From contig JBGARZ010000006.1 of NCBI GenBank assembly GCA_044229975.1, positions 128,001 through 192,000 on the forward strand: a stretch of DNA of 64,000 nucleotides, written 5' to 3'. The stretch comes from Polyangiales bacterium (GTDB lineage: Bacteria > Myxococcota_A > Polyangia > Polyangiales > Ga0077539). Below, one piece after another: positions 30,001 to 39,072 of the stretch. Made by a program: the position numbers and the translations under genes. The notes below the pieces were generated by a model. That model did not search any database. It was not told the origin of the DNA and worked only from the letters and a program-made list of their open reading frames with translations. The first letter of the stretch is position 1; each line of letters begins with the position of its first letter.

Positions 30001-31559
30001 CCGAAGGCCACCACCGCGCCCGACGCCGTGCGGAGGTACCCATGAACCCGCCCCGCGGCGACCTCCGCCACGGCCTCGCCAAAGGTCCGCAGCAGGGTCG
30101 GCGTCGCGGCGGTCATCGTGCTCCCGTCGGGCAGCACGAGCGAGCCCCAGAAGAGGGCGTCCTGCCCCCGCGCCGCGAGGCTGAACCCGCGCCCCGCCGC
30201 CACCGACGCGGCGTTGAGACCCGCGACCACGACGGGCACCGAGCGGTCCGTGGTGGTTCCGTCGCCGAGGGCGCGCTGCGCGTTGGAACCCCAGGCGTGC
30301 ACGGCCCCGCTCGCCGCCCGCAGCAGCGTGTGTGTGGCGCTCGCCGAGACCTGCGCGATGGGCCCGGCCGCGAAGCCGCGACAGGCTCCGTCGAAGCAGC
30401 GGTCGCGCACCGTCGCGGCGTCGCCGTCTTCGCAGACGGTGCCGTCGCTCTTGGGCACGCAGCGCCCGTTGCGCGGGTCGCACGTCGCCCCGGCGCAGTC
30501 GGTCTCCGCGCAGGTCACGGCGGCTCCCGCCACGCAGGCTCCGGCCAGGCAGCGATCGCTCGTGGTGCAGGCGTTTCCGTCGTCGCAGGTCGCCCCCTCC
30601 GCGCGCCGCTGGTCGGCGGGGCACGCGGCGGCAGAGCCCACGCAGCGCTCCTCGGCGTCGCAGGCGCCGAGGCTCGCGCGGCACACGGTCGTGGCGGGCA
30701 GGAAGCCGTCGCCCGGACACGCCGCGCTCACGCCCGAGCACACCTCGGCCGCGTCGCAGGGCCCCGCGCTCGGTCGGCAGACGGCGCCGACGTTGCCGGG
30801 CGTGTGGGTGACGCCCGTGGTGGGCGCGCACGCGTCGACGGTGCACGGGCTGCTGTCGTCGAGCGGGGCGCCCGCACAGCGGCACGCGTCGCCGACGCCG
30901 TTGCGGAGGGTGTCGCGCTGGTCGACGTTGGCCGTCGACGGGCAGTTGTCGCGCCAGTCGAGGACGCCATCGGCGTCGCGATCGACGGCGGTTCGGTCGA
31001 TGCGAAACTTGATGCGCAGGGTGTCGTTCTGGATGAGCGGGACGTACTGGGTGCGGTCGGTCGCGCGAAACTCGCGCTGGTCGCGCACGATGTCGACGTC
31101 GGCGAAGCCGAGCTCGCGCCCGCCGGAGACGCGCACCCGCACGCGGTACATCGCCTGCGACGCGGTCGCGCGGTTGTCCGAGTGGCGCCACCGCGCGACG
31201 AAGTAGCCCTCCGGGTCGGTGTCGCCGTCGTCGCCGGGCGCGCCGCGCAGGTGTGTGCGGACGCGCTCGCCCGACGGGCCGGTCGTACGCGTGAAGGTCG
31301 CCACCGTTCGCAGCACGGCGCCGCTCGTGGGGTTGAGCTCGTCGACGACCACCGTCGGATCGGCCTCGGCGATGAGGTCGCCGTTGGGCGCCGGGCGCGG
31401 AACCATCGGCGGCAACCACCAGAACCCCGCGCTGCCCCCGCGAGCGGCGTCGACGATGATCGGGGCGAAGGTCTGTGAGGGGTCCTCGGGCGCGCAGGCT
31501 CCCCAGGCGATGGCCGCGACGAACAGGAAGCCGGGCGCGCGACGGTGGCTCGTGGACAT
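27087..31559 (-). CDS. 1490-aa multidomain lipoprotein: TSP3 motif, Cys-rich repeats, RCC1 repeats, PQQ-like propeller, C-terminal CxxCH
   Basis: WGAC; DRDADGVLDWRDNCP; VCRPSAGPCDAAEVC; WTWGDNTVGQLG; RTGANVRESALTP; GGGIWQGG; CAGCH. Confidence 0.8.
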   Translation of the reverse strand: MSTSHRRAPGFLFVAAIAWGACAPEDPSQTFAPIIVDAARGGSAGFWWLPPMVPRPAPNGDLIAEADPTVVVDELNPTSGAVLRTVATFTRTTGPSGERVRTHLRGAPGDDGDTDPEGYFVARWRHSDNRATASQAMYRVRVRVSGGRELGFADVDIVRDQREFRATDRTQYVPLIQNDTLRIKFRIDRTAVDRDADGVLDWRDNCPSTANVDQRDTLRNGVGDACRCAGAPLDDSSPCTVDACAPTTGVTHTPGNVGAVCRPSAGPCDAAEVCSGVSAACPGDGFLPATTVCRASLGACDAEERCVGSAAACPADQRRAEGATCDDGNACTTSDRCLAGACVAGAAVTCAETDCAGATCDPRNGRCVPKSDGTVCEDGDAATVRDRCFDGACRGFAAGPIAQVSASATHTLLRAASGAVHAWGSNAQRALGDGTTTDRSVPVVVAGLNAASVAAGRGFSLAARGQDALFWGSLVLPDGSTMTAATPTLLRTFGEAVAEVAAGRVHGYLRTASGAVVAFGDNSVGQHGVANDGESMHDVPGLPPLVAIAAGHGFGVGVAADGAVWTWGDNTVGQLGVTPSGAPSPPFRVEGLPPIAAVSAGEGHVIALAQNDTVWTWGANLAGQLGRGAPTTDSRWLPPGPIEGLLARRVSAGDNHTLVRALDGAPWGFGANTSGQLPGTMGAGFPQPLSTIPADASRDGAIAAGAATTFVVQGTHLWVSGRNEVGQLGLGHRLDATVAWPEQVVGFGRYDSLVIEQANDTRRTGANVRESALTPANVRERRFGRLARITVDGQVHAQPLFLGGAVNGHDALLVATEANSLYAYDVQGTTPIELWHRNVGQAFDHVTERPLPGGGTFAGCVSNIRSTAGITSTPAVDLRTRTVYFVSKRAIDPGTGAPPNLWSDAVFELHAVDLITGAERAGSPRVIEGSVIGSAADATMSMPRTVEFQPRLQFQRPALLLQDGRIWIAFGGTCDQTPYHGWVMTYDAATLVRAGIYATTTRGAATCSCRYLHGSETAGGTGCPLGNGGGIWQGGRGPASTGTGDVFITTGNTYHPDVSDTAGDPDMTDAVVRLGASATGLAVRDYYIPNNWEALDNNDLDLASGGPTLVPGSDLLLAAGKSAEMLLLRASSLGHRAARDAIEPGMRQRFYFEGLTSSDGPNNPWRGGGHVFGGTVYLPTATGGRVYVWPSRLALQSWSHDRMTDTVGCGAGSLPPYTSTTLHDGVCGSELGVEGAPVQPTCVGDRYTPTNDLLHDRSTALALSARGTTAGTGVLWAVVPTCAGELLAFDAEHLSGGPIYRSTSDTRDGLGGFETFVPPTVAGGRAFVSSGNGVTMYGLFDAIRDGGTPEDCGDPGYCPPTHTGTVPTTWNAIYTAYFDTDTPPGLRRCAGCHTTWAATSNSFYAYMVSGGHITPGASAPTSRLFSPQSKLRWFNPTGNMPGLDAVTAARPRCDLVPTAAVEALRAWAALGACRDDQVLDHGTCVLRAAP

Positions 31560-31787
31560 TTCGCGGCGGCGAGCAAGACGCGCACCGCCAGTGATGCTGC
31601 GAGAATGAGCGCGCCCGGTTGGCTCGCGGCGCGACGTCGGCGACTCGCCAGCGAGTCGTCGGTGTCCCGCGTCGAGCGACGGCCGGAGACTCCTTACAAA
31701 TTCTTACCGTCCCTGCGTCAGGCGACGGCGGGCGCGTAGCATGCGGGGGCAACGCACTTCCGCCCCATGGAGAGGACCACCCGACAC

Positions 31788-32288
31788 ATGCCCCAGACAT
31801 CCCTGCTTCGCTCCGCCGTCGCGCTCGCGCTCGCGGTGACGCTCTCGCTTCACGGCGCGACCGCGCACGCCGACCCCGTCACGCTGACCGGCGCGAACCT
31901 CCAGTTCACGCCCCCCGCCGGGTGGACCGGGCAGGCGTTTGGCCCCCAGGTCGCGCAGTTCGCCCACGGCGCCGTGGAGGTGGACGTCTTCGCCCCCGTC
32001 GTCGACGCGACGCACTCCGTCGACTCCATCGTGCGCGGCGTGCAGGGCGACCGCGCGCTGCACGCCAGCTGGCAGGGGCGCCCGACCCTGCGCGTGGTGC
32101 GCGAGGTGCGCGGCTCGATGCAGCGAGGCGTCGGCAACCGCGGCGAGGTCCGCCGGTCGCTGGTGATGGTCTGGGTTCCGATGGGCGGACGACTGCTCGT
32201 CGCGGTGATCTACCTGCCGGTCGACGGTTCGCCCGCCGACGAGGCGGCCGCCCAGCAGCTCATCGACAGCGTTCGCACGCTGCCCTGA
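31788..32288 (+). CDS. Secreted hypothetical protein
   Basis: Signal peptide ending AHA-D; RBS-like GGAGAGG upstream. Confidence 0.6.
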   Translation: MPQTSLLRSAVALALAVTLSLHGATAHADPVTLTGANLQFTPPAGWTGQAFGPQVAQFAHGAVEVDVFAPVVDATHSVDSIVRGVQGDRALHASWQGRPTLRVVREVRGSMQRGVGNRGEVRRSLVMVWVPMGGRLLVAVIYLPVDGSPADEAAAQQLIDSVRTLP

Positions 32289-32336
32289 CTCAAGCGACGG
32301 TGACGTCCCGACGCGCGGCACCCACACGGGCCACGC

Positions 32337-33878
32337 TCACCCCCGCTGCCAGCGCCCCTTGCGCAGCGACACGTCCCTCAGCGTCGCGCGCGCCGCCGTA
32401 GGCGCAAACCCCCGCATCGTCACGGCGCCGTCCGTCAGGTGACCCAGCGTGACCCGCGCGAGCGCCAACCGCCCGCCGCCCGCCGCCACGCCGTCCACGC
32501 CGAGGTCGAGCCCGCGCACTTCGATGTGCACCTCCGTCGGCGCGCCCTCCTGCCTCGCGTCGTACACCAGCTCGCCCCTCACCCGCAGCGCCTCCAACGG
32601 AACCGCATCCGCCGCCCCCAGCCGCACCGTCCCGCCGCCCACCGGCAGCGTCGACGCGTCCGAGAGCCCGACGTCCACCACCAGCCCGTGCACCTCTACC
32701 CGCTGCAACGCCACCGACTTCTCGCGCTCGCCGTCGCCCTCGTCGTCGTCACTGCCACCCCTCGGTAGCGCCAGCGTCGGTTGGATCAACGTCCGCAACC
32801 GCACCTGCTCACGATGCGCGCGCGCGAGCCCCGCCGCGTCGAGCGGCCACGAAAGCAGCGTCTTCTTCGCCAGCAGCGCGTCGAGCTCGAAGACCAGCGC
32901 GTCGTGCGTCACCTCGAAATCGAAGATCGCGTCTTCGAGCGACGACAGCCCATGCTCCAGCTCCTTGAAGTTGATGCAGCCGTCGTTGACCGCCAGCCGC
33001 GCGCGGTGCTTCGCCACCCGGTGGTGGATCACCGGCAGCTTCACCTCCACGCTCGTGTCCGCCTCGATGCGGCCGTGCAACCCGTCGAGCAGGGCCAGGT
33101 CCATCCCCAGCTTCGACGACGGCTTCTCTACCACCGCCACCGCAGCGGTCGTCTCTTCGCTCGCCGGCTCGTCGAGACCATCGAGGGCGACCGAGAGTTC
33201 GCCCGCGTCGACGCGGTCGAAGCTCACCCCGTCGGGCGCGTACCGCAGCGCCGTCACCCGCGCATCCACCACGCGAATCGTGCGCCGCGCGTCGACCACT
33301 TCGAGGCCCGCGAGCGTCACCTCGTCGGCCATCAGCACCACGCCCTCGGCCGAGCGCGTGAGGCGCAACCCGACGAGGTTCACCGTGCTGGCCTGCACCG
33401 TGAGCCCGCCCATCGTCAGCGAGAGACCCTGCGCGCCTAGCGTCGAAGCCACGACGGTCCAGACGTCGGTGGCCGGGTCGTGCCGCGCGTGCAGGGCCGT
33501 GACGTCGAGGGCGCCGCGCACCTTCACGCCGTCGAGGGTGACGCGCAGGTCTGGAACAGCCAGCGCCGCGCAGCGGGCGTCACCGGTGAGCGCGGGCGTG
33601 CGGTCGTCGAGGGCGATGTCGAGGTCGAGGCTGGTGCTGCCCAGGCGCATCGGGCCCGCGAGGTGGAGCGCGCCGTGGGCGAGCAGCCACGCGACCTCGC
33701 CGATGATCTCGTCGGCCTCCACCGGGTCGAGGCGGATGGTCTTGTCGTCCTGCGCGTAGACCCCGCGCAGGCGTCGCGTGGTGTGGAGCGCGATGACCTG
33801 CTCACCGCCGCCGTCGGCGGCGCGCGGGAGGCGGAGCGTGAACTGCTGACCGTCGATGGATTCGAGCGTGATCCTCAT
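32337..33878 (-). CDS. Beta-rich hypothetical protein downstream of glgA
   Basis: Strong RBS GAAGGAGG; 13-bp gap from glgA. Confidence 0.7.
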   Translation of the reverse strand: MRITLESIDGQQFTLRLPRAADGGGEQVIALHTTRRLRGVYAQDDKTIRLDPVEADEIIGEVAWLLAHGALHLAGPMRLGSTSLDLDIALDDRTPALTGDARCAALAVPDLRVTLDGVKVRGALDVTALHARHDPATDVWTVVASTLGAQGLSLTMGGLTVQASTVNLVGLRLTRSAEGVVLMADEVTLAGLEVVDARRTIRVVDARVTALRYAPDGVSFDRVDAGELSVALDGLDEPASEETTAAVAVVEKPSSKLGMDLALLDGLHGRIEADTSVEVKLPVIHHRVAKHRARLAVNDGCINFKELEHGLSSLEDAIFDFEVTHDALVFELDALLAKKTLLSWPLDAAGLARAHREQVRLRTLIQPTLALPRGGSDDDEGDGEREKSVALQRVEVHGLVVDVGLSDASTLPVGGGTVRLGAADAVPLEALRVRGELVYDARQEGAPTEVHIEVRGLDLGVDGVAAGGGRLALARVTLGHLTDGAVTMRGFAPTAARATLRDVSLRKGRWQRG

Positions 33879-33891
33879 GGCGTGCCCTCCT

Positions 33892-35355
33892 TCATGCGTC
33901 CGGCGCGATGAGGCGGTAGAGGCTTTCGTACTCGCCGATGCGATGCGACCACCCGAGCGGCAGGCGCATGCCGTTGCGTTGCAGCTTGCGCCAGCGCTCG
34001 CGGTCGTTGCCCGCGCCGGAGCCCCACACGTCGAGCGCGCGACCGAGCGCCCACGCGAGACCGGAGTCATCGAAGTGCTCGAAGACGAAGCCGGTGCCGC
34101 GGCCGGTGCTGGGGTCGAAGTTCCAGACGGTGTCGGCGAGGCCGCCGGTGCGGTGCACGATGGGGACGGTTCCGTACCGCAGGCTGTACATCTGGTTGAG
34201 GCCGCAGGGCTCGTAGCGCGACGGCATCAGGAACATGTCCGCCCCCGCCTCGATGCCGTGCGCCAGCTTCTCGCTGAACCTCGGCTGAAACACCACCTGC
34301 CGCGGAAACGCCTGCGCGAGTCGACGGAAGAAGTCTTCGTAGCGGGGCTCACCCGTGCCGAGCACCGCGAGCTGAAACCGACGATGGGCGAGCATCGGGG
34401 GAAGGACGGACTCGCAGAGGTCGAAGCCCTTCTGCCAGGCGAGGCGCGAGACGATGCCCACCAGCGGGACGTCGGAGCGATACGGGAGACCGGCGGCGGC
34501 GAGGAGGTGGGCTTTGCAGCGCTCTTTCCCGTCGAGGTCTTCGATGGAGAAGGGGGCGACGATGTGGGGGTCGGCGGAGGGGTTCCACTCCGTCTCGTCG
34601 ATGCCGTTGAGGATGCCGCGGAGCACGTCCGAGCGGCCGCGGAGGAAGCCGTCGAGGCCGACGCCGTGCTCGGGCGTCTGGATCTCGCGCGCGTAGGTGG
34701 GGCTCACCGTGGTGATGGCGTTGGCGTAGAGGATCCCGGTGAGCATGAAGCCGAAGCGCCCGGCGTGGAGCTCGTCCTGGTGGAGGCGATCGGCGATGGG
34801 GCCGAGGCCCACTTGATGGAGGCGGTCGGCGGGGAAGGTTCCCTGGTGGCCGAGGTTGTGGATGGTGAGCACGGTGCGGGTGCGCGCGAAGAGCTGGTCC
34901 CACGCGAAGAGGGTGCGCAGGAGCAGCGGGATGAGGCCGGTCTGCCAGTCGTTGCAGTGGATGATGTCGGGCGCGAAGCCGAGGTGCTGGCAGAGCTTGA
35001 GCGCGGCCCAATTGAGAACGCCGAAGCGGAGGTGTTCGTCGCCGGCGGAGTCGTAGATGGACGCGCGGTCGTAGAGCGACGGGCAGCGCACGAAGTAGAC
35101 GGGGACGTCGGTTCCGGGCAGCGGCGCGGTGTGGATGGAGACGTGGACTTCGAGGTCGCCCAGACGGAACGCGATGTCGGGGATGACCTCGGTGAAGGTT
35201 CGGCCGGGCGCGTGGACGCGGGCGTACATGGGGACGACGACGCGCACGTCGTGGCCGAGCTCATGGAGCTGCCGGGGGAGCGCGGCGCCGACGTCGCCGA
35301 GGCCGCCGGTCTTGGCGAAGGGTGCGACCTCCGACGACGCGAAGAGGATCTTCAT
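33892..35355 (-). CDS. glgA: Glycogen synthase
   Basis: KTGGLGDV, HCNDWQT, SRLAWQKG, MPSRYEPCGLNQ. Confidence 0.97.
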   Translation of the reverse strand: MKILFASSEVAPFAKTGGLGDVGAALPRQLHELGHDVRVVVPMYARVHAPGRTFTEVIPDIAFRLGDLEVHVSIHTAPLPGTDVPVYFVRCPSLYDRASIYDSAGDEHLRFGVLNWAALKLCQHLGFAPDIIHCNDWQTGLIPLLLRTLFAWDQLFARTRTVLTIHNLGHQGTFPADRLHQVGLGPIADRLHQDELHAGRFGFMLTGILYANAITTVSPTYAREIQTPEHGVGLDGFLRGRSDVLRGILNGIDETEWNPSADPHIVAPFSIEDLDGKERCKAHLLAAAGLPYRSDVPLVGIVSRLAWQKGFDLCESVLPPMLAHRRFQLAVLGTGEPRYEDFFRRLAQAFPRQVVFQPRFSEKLAHGIEAGADMFLMPSRYEPCGLNQMYSLRYGTVPIVHRTGGLADTVWNFDPSTGRGTGFVFEHFDDSGLAWALGRALDVWGSGAGNDRERWRKLQRNGMRLPLGWSHRIGEYESLYRLIAPDA

Positions 35356-35414
35356 GGGCTCGGCAGGGTATCAGGAGGTCACGAGCGCGCGGGTGTCTGA
35401 TAGCTTCGGCCGCG

Positions 35415-36641
35415 ATGAGCTTCGACGTCGTCTTCCTGGAGCCGTGTTTCCCTGCCAACCAGCGGGAGTTTGTTCGGGCGTTGCACGCGGTGGGGGCTCG
35501 CGTGACGGGCATCGGCGAGCGCCCGAAGGAGTCGCTCGACCCCGAGCTGCGGTCGTGGCTCTTCCACTACGAGCAGATCGGCAACGTGACCGACGAGTCG
35601 CAGGTGGAGAAGGCCGTGCGCTGGATCCAGGGGCGCGTGACGGTCGACCGGCTCGAAGCGACCATCGAGTCGCACGTGATGGCGGCGGCGCGGGTGCGCG
35701 AGCGCTGCGGCATCGAGGGGACGAGCGTGCAGACGACGTTTCTGTGTCGCGACAAGCCGGCGATGAAGGACGCGCTGCGCGAGGCGGGCGTGGCGTGCGC
35801 GCAGTCCATCGGGTCGAGCGACCTCAACGAGCTGCGGGCCTTCGCGGCGAGGGTGGGTTACCCGCTGGTGGTGAAGCCGCGCGACGCGGCGGGGGCGTCG
35901 GGGACGGTGCGCGTGGAGGACGACGACGAGTTCGTCGCGGCGCTGGCGTCGTTTGGCGTGGCGAAGGGGCGGAGCGTGGCCGTCGAGGAGTTCATCGAGG
36001 GGCACGAGGGCTTCTACGACACCATCACCATGGGCGGTGAGGTGGTGCACGAGTTCGTGACGCACTACTACCCCAACGTGCTGGAGGCGATGCGCACGCG
36101 GTGGATCTCGCCGCAGTTCATTGCGACCAACCGCGTCGACGCGCCGGGCTACGACGAGCTGAAGGCGATGGGTCACAAGGTCGTCGACGCGCTGGGGCTG
36201 GAGACGTCGGCGACGCACATGGAGTGGTTCTTCGGCCCGAAGGGGCTGAAGTTCAGCGAGATCGGGTGCCGGCCGCCGGGCGTGCGCGCGTGGGATCTGT
36301 ACGCCGCGGGCAACGACATCGACATCTACAAGGAGTGGGCGATGGCGGTGGTGCACGGGCGGCCGAGCCAGCGGCTGTCGCGGCGGTACTCGGCGGGCAT
36401 CATCGCGCTGCGGCCGGACTGCGACGGGCGCATCGTCGGGTACGAGGGGGTGGAGGAGATCCACCATCGGTTCGGGCGGTGGATCATCGACGAGTATTGG
36501 CCCGCACCGGGTACGCCGACGCAGCCGGTGGAGGCGGGGTACATGGCCAACGCATGGCTGCGGATGAAGCACCCGGACTACGACGAGCTCAGGGGGATGC
36601 TCGATGTGGTCGGGCGCACGGTGAAGGTGCGGGCTCGGTAG
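35415..36641 (+). CDS. ATP-grasp domain ligase (paralog B)
   Basis: RDKPAMK, GYPLVVKP, VEEF, THMEWF, SEIGCRPPG. Confidence 0.88.
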   Translation: MSFDVVFLEPCFPANQREFVRALHAVGARVTGIGERPKESLDPELRSWLFHYEQIGNVTDESQVEKAVRWIQGRVTVDRLEATIESHVMAAARVRERCGIEGTSVQTTFLCRDKPAMKDALREAGVACAQSIGSSDLNELRAFAARVGYPLVVKPRDAAGASGTVRVEDDDEFVAALASFGVAKGRSVAVEEFIEGHEGFYDTITMGGEVVHEFVTHYYPNVLEAMRTRWISPQFIATNRVDAPGYDELKAMGHKVVDALGLETSATHMEWFFGPKGLKFSEIGCRPPGVRAWDLYAAGNDIDIYKEWAMAVVHGRPSQRLSRRYSAGIIALRPDCDGRIVGYEGVEEIHHRFGRWIIDEYWPAPGTPTQPVEAGYMANAWLRMKHPDYDELRGMLDVVGRTVKVRAR

Positions 36642-36645
36642 GACG

Positions 36646-37536
36646 TCAGCGCATCCACGCAACGAGTCGATCGGCCAGCTCGGCGCCGACGTCTTCCTGC
36701 AGGAAGTGACCGGCCCCACGGAGCACGTCGTGGGGCTGCCCGCTCGCCCCGGGGATGCGCGCTTGGAGCCGCTTCTCGGCGCCGCGGGTGATTGGGTCGT
36801 TCTTACCAAATAGGGTAAGAAACGGCTTCTTCCACTCGCGCAACGCCTCCCACGCGCGCCGGTTGGCCGGGCTCGCCGGGTCATCGGGTCGCGTCGGAAC
36901 CAGCGTCGGAAACACCCGCGCGCCGGCCTTGTGGCGCTCGGTGGGGAAGGGCGCGTCGTAGGCCGCGCGGGCTTCGGGGGACATGCCGCGCACGCACCCG
37001 GAGGCGACGATGCGCCCGACGGGAAGCACCGGCGTCCATCGCGCGAAGGCACGCCACACATGGAACGCCGGCGGCACCCGCTCATCGCCCGTCGGGAGGT
37101 AGGTGTTGCCGGCGCAGACGCGAGCGAAGCGGCCGCCCTCCTCGGCGGCGAGGCGCAGGCCGATGAGGCCGCCCCAGTCCTGGCAGAAGAGCGTGGCGTC
37201 GCGGAGGTCGAGGGTGGTGAGCACCGCGCGCATCCAGTCGACGTGAGCCTGGTAGGAGTAGGCGCGTGGGTCGGCGGGCTTGTCGCTGCGGCCGAAGCCA
37301 ACGAGGTCGGGTGCGACGACGCGATGCCCGGCGGCGAGCAGGCCAGGGATCATCTTGCGGTACAGGAACGACCAGCTCGGCTCGCCGTGGAGGAGCAGCA
37401 CGGGCGCGGCGTCGCGAGGGCCTTCGTCGAGATAGGCGACGCGCAGACCGCCGACGTCGAGGGTGTGGGGCTTCCAGGGGAAGTCGGGCAGCGCGGCGAA
37501 GCGCTCATCGGGTGTGCGGAGGATGGGGTCGCTCAT
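36646..37536 (-). CDS. Haloalkane dehalogenase
   Basis: LRTPDERF, HGEPSWS, QDWGG, GHFLQED. Confidence 0.92.
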   Translation of the reverse strand: MSDPILRTPDERFAALPDFPWKPHTLDVGGLRVAYLDEGPRDAAPVLLLHGEPSWSFLYRKMIPGLLAAGHRVVAPDLVGFGRSDKPADPRAYSYQAHVDWMRAVLTTLDLRDATLFCQDWGGLIGLRLAAEEGGRFARVCAGNTYLPTGDERVPPAFHVWRAFARWTPVLPVGRIVASGCVRGMSPEARAAYDAPFPTERHKAGARVFPTLVPTRPDDPASPANRRAWEALREWKKPFLTLFGKNDPITRGAEKRLQARIPGASGQPHDVLRGAGHFLQEDVGAELADRLVAWMR

Positions 37537-37572
37537 CGACGAGGAGGAAAACACGGAGGCGAGAGGGGGTCA

Positions 37573-37652
37573 GGGACGGTTTCAGCTTTTCACCTTGTCA
37601 CAGAGCAACGAGCCCGGCGGACTGTGACAAGGTGAAAAGCTGAAACCGTCCC
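37573..37652. repeat. Perfect 31-bp inverted repeat, REP/MITE-like
   Basis: GGGACGGTTTCAGCTTTTCACCTTGTCACAG, 18-nt loop, exact reverse complement. Confidence 0.9.
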
Positions 37653-37682
37653 CGTCCCCGTCCCCGACGCTGAACGCTCCCC

Positions 37683-37979
37683 CTACACCTTGGCGGCCAG
37701 CAGCTCGACCTTCTCGATCGAGGGCGGCTGGCTGAGCAGCTCGCTCGCCTTGGCCATCAGGGCGGCGGCGATGGGGCCTTCGAGGTGGGCGGTGCGGGCC
37801 GCCTCGGTCTCGAAGGTGTCGAAGATTCCGAAGGTGGTCGGCCCCAGCCTGAGCGCGAACCACTGGACGGTCCCCGGCTCGGCCTGCGCGAGCGGGAGCG
37901 CGGACGCGAGAAACGCCGCGACCTCGTCGGCCTTCTCGGGTCGGGCTTCGAGGCGTGCAAACAATGCGAGCTTCACCAT
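37683..37979 (-). CDS. ABM-family (putative quinol) monooxygenase
   Basis: LFARLEARP, EPGT..WFA, FGIFDTF..R.AHL. Confidence 0.88.
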   Translation of the reverse strand: MVKLALFARLEARPEKADEVAAFLASALPLAQAEPGTVQWFALRLGPTTFGIFDTFETEAARTAHLEGPIAAALMAKASELLSQPPSIEKVELLAAKV

Positions 37980-38054
37980 GACGCGGACTCCTTCGTGACG
38001 CCCAGCGACGCGCTGAGGACGCCGAACGTAGGCGACCGCGCCGGGAATCGTGAG

Positions 38055-38089
38055 TGGCAGAAGCGACATCGATGCTATCGATTCCGCCA
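38055..38089. promoter_or_regulatory. Imperfect inverted repeat, probable operator of the divergent regulator
   Basis: TGGCAGAA...TTCCGCCA enclosing ATCGAT-GCT-ATCGAT. Confidence 0.4.
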
Positions 38090-39072
38090 TGCGCATCTCC
38101 GTGCTCGCGCTCGACGGCGTGTTTGACACCGGCCTCGCCAGCCTGCTCGACACCTTCGCCTTCGCCGGCACCCTCGGCCCGGGGCTCGGGCCCGGCGCGC
38201 CGCGCTTCGACGTTCGCGTCGTGGGGATGCGCCGGCGCGTCAAGACCCACCACGGCCTCCGCCTCGACGCCGCGCCGATCGACGGCCGCGCGCCCGCCTA
38301 CCTGGTGGTGCCCGCGCTGTTCGCCGCCGCGCCGGGGGAGGTGGTCGACCTGCTCGCCCGCCGCGACGTGCGCGACGCCTGCGACGCCCTCGCGGGCCAC
38401 AAGCGCGTCACCCTCGCCGCCGCCTGCACCAGCACCTTCGTGCTCGCCGAGGCGGGCGTCCTCGACGACCGGCGCGCGACCACGACGTGGTGGCTGGCGC
38501 CGACGTTCCGCGATCGCTTTCCCGCGGTGGAGCTCGACGCGACCCGCATGGTGATCGACGCCCCGGGCCGGCTGACCGCCGGCGCGGCCATGGCGCACGT
38601 CGACCTCGCGCTGTGGATCATCCGCCAGGCCAGCCCCACCCTCGCGGGCCTCGTCGCGCGCTACCTCGTCCTGGAGCCACGCCCGTCGCAGGCGCCGTTC
38701 ATCATCCCCGACCACCTCGCCCACGCCGACCCACTGGTCGAGCGCTTCGAGCGCTGGGTGCGCGAACACCTCGACGGCCGCATCTCGATGGAGGCCGCGG
38801 CGCGGGCGGTAGGGGCGAGCCAGCGCTCGCTGGAGCGGAGGGTGCGCGCCGTCATCGGCAAGACGCCCGTGGCCTTCGTGCAGGACATCCGCGTGGAGGT
38901 CGCCGCCCACCTGCTGCGCTCGACCGAGGACGACCTCGACGCCATCGCCGCGAGGGTGGGCTACGCCGACGCCACCACCCTCCGCACCCTGCTACGTCGC
39001 AAGCTCGGTCGCGGCGTCCGCGAGCTGCGCGCGAAGGGTGCGGCGCCGTTCGATGAGCGTCGCGTCGACTGA
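38089..39072 (+). CDS. GlxA-family AraC regulator (DJ-1/PfpI plus HTH)
   Basis: AAACT..LAEAGVLD.RRATTTWW; SQRSLERR; IAARVGYAD. Confidence 0.92.
   Translation: MRISVLALDGVFDTGLASLLDTFAFAGTLGPGLGPGAPRFDVRVVGMRRRVKTHHGLRLDAAPIDGRAPAYLVVPALFAAAPGEVVDLLARRDVRDACDALAGHKRVTLAAACTSTFVLAEAGVLDDRRATTTWWLAPTFRDRFPAVELDATRMVIDAPGRLTAGAAMAHVDLALWIIRQASPTLAGLVARYLVLEPRPSQAPFIIPDHLAHADPLVERFERWVREHLDGRISMEAAARAVGASQRSLERRVRAVIGKTPVAFVQDIRVEVAAHLLRSTEDDLDAIAARVGYADATTLRTLLRRKLGRGVRELRAKGAAPFDERRVD

Noticed and set aside
31572..31587. Second sigma54 box (CGGTGCGCGTCTTGCT, minus strand)
   Set aside because: Spacing is right but the -24 match is weak and it would imply an essentially leaderless mRNA; could be chance.
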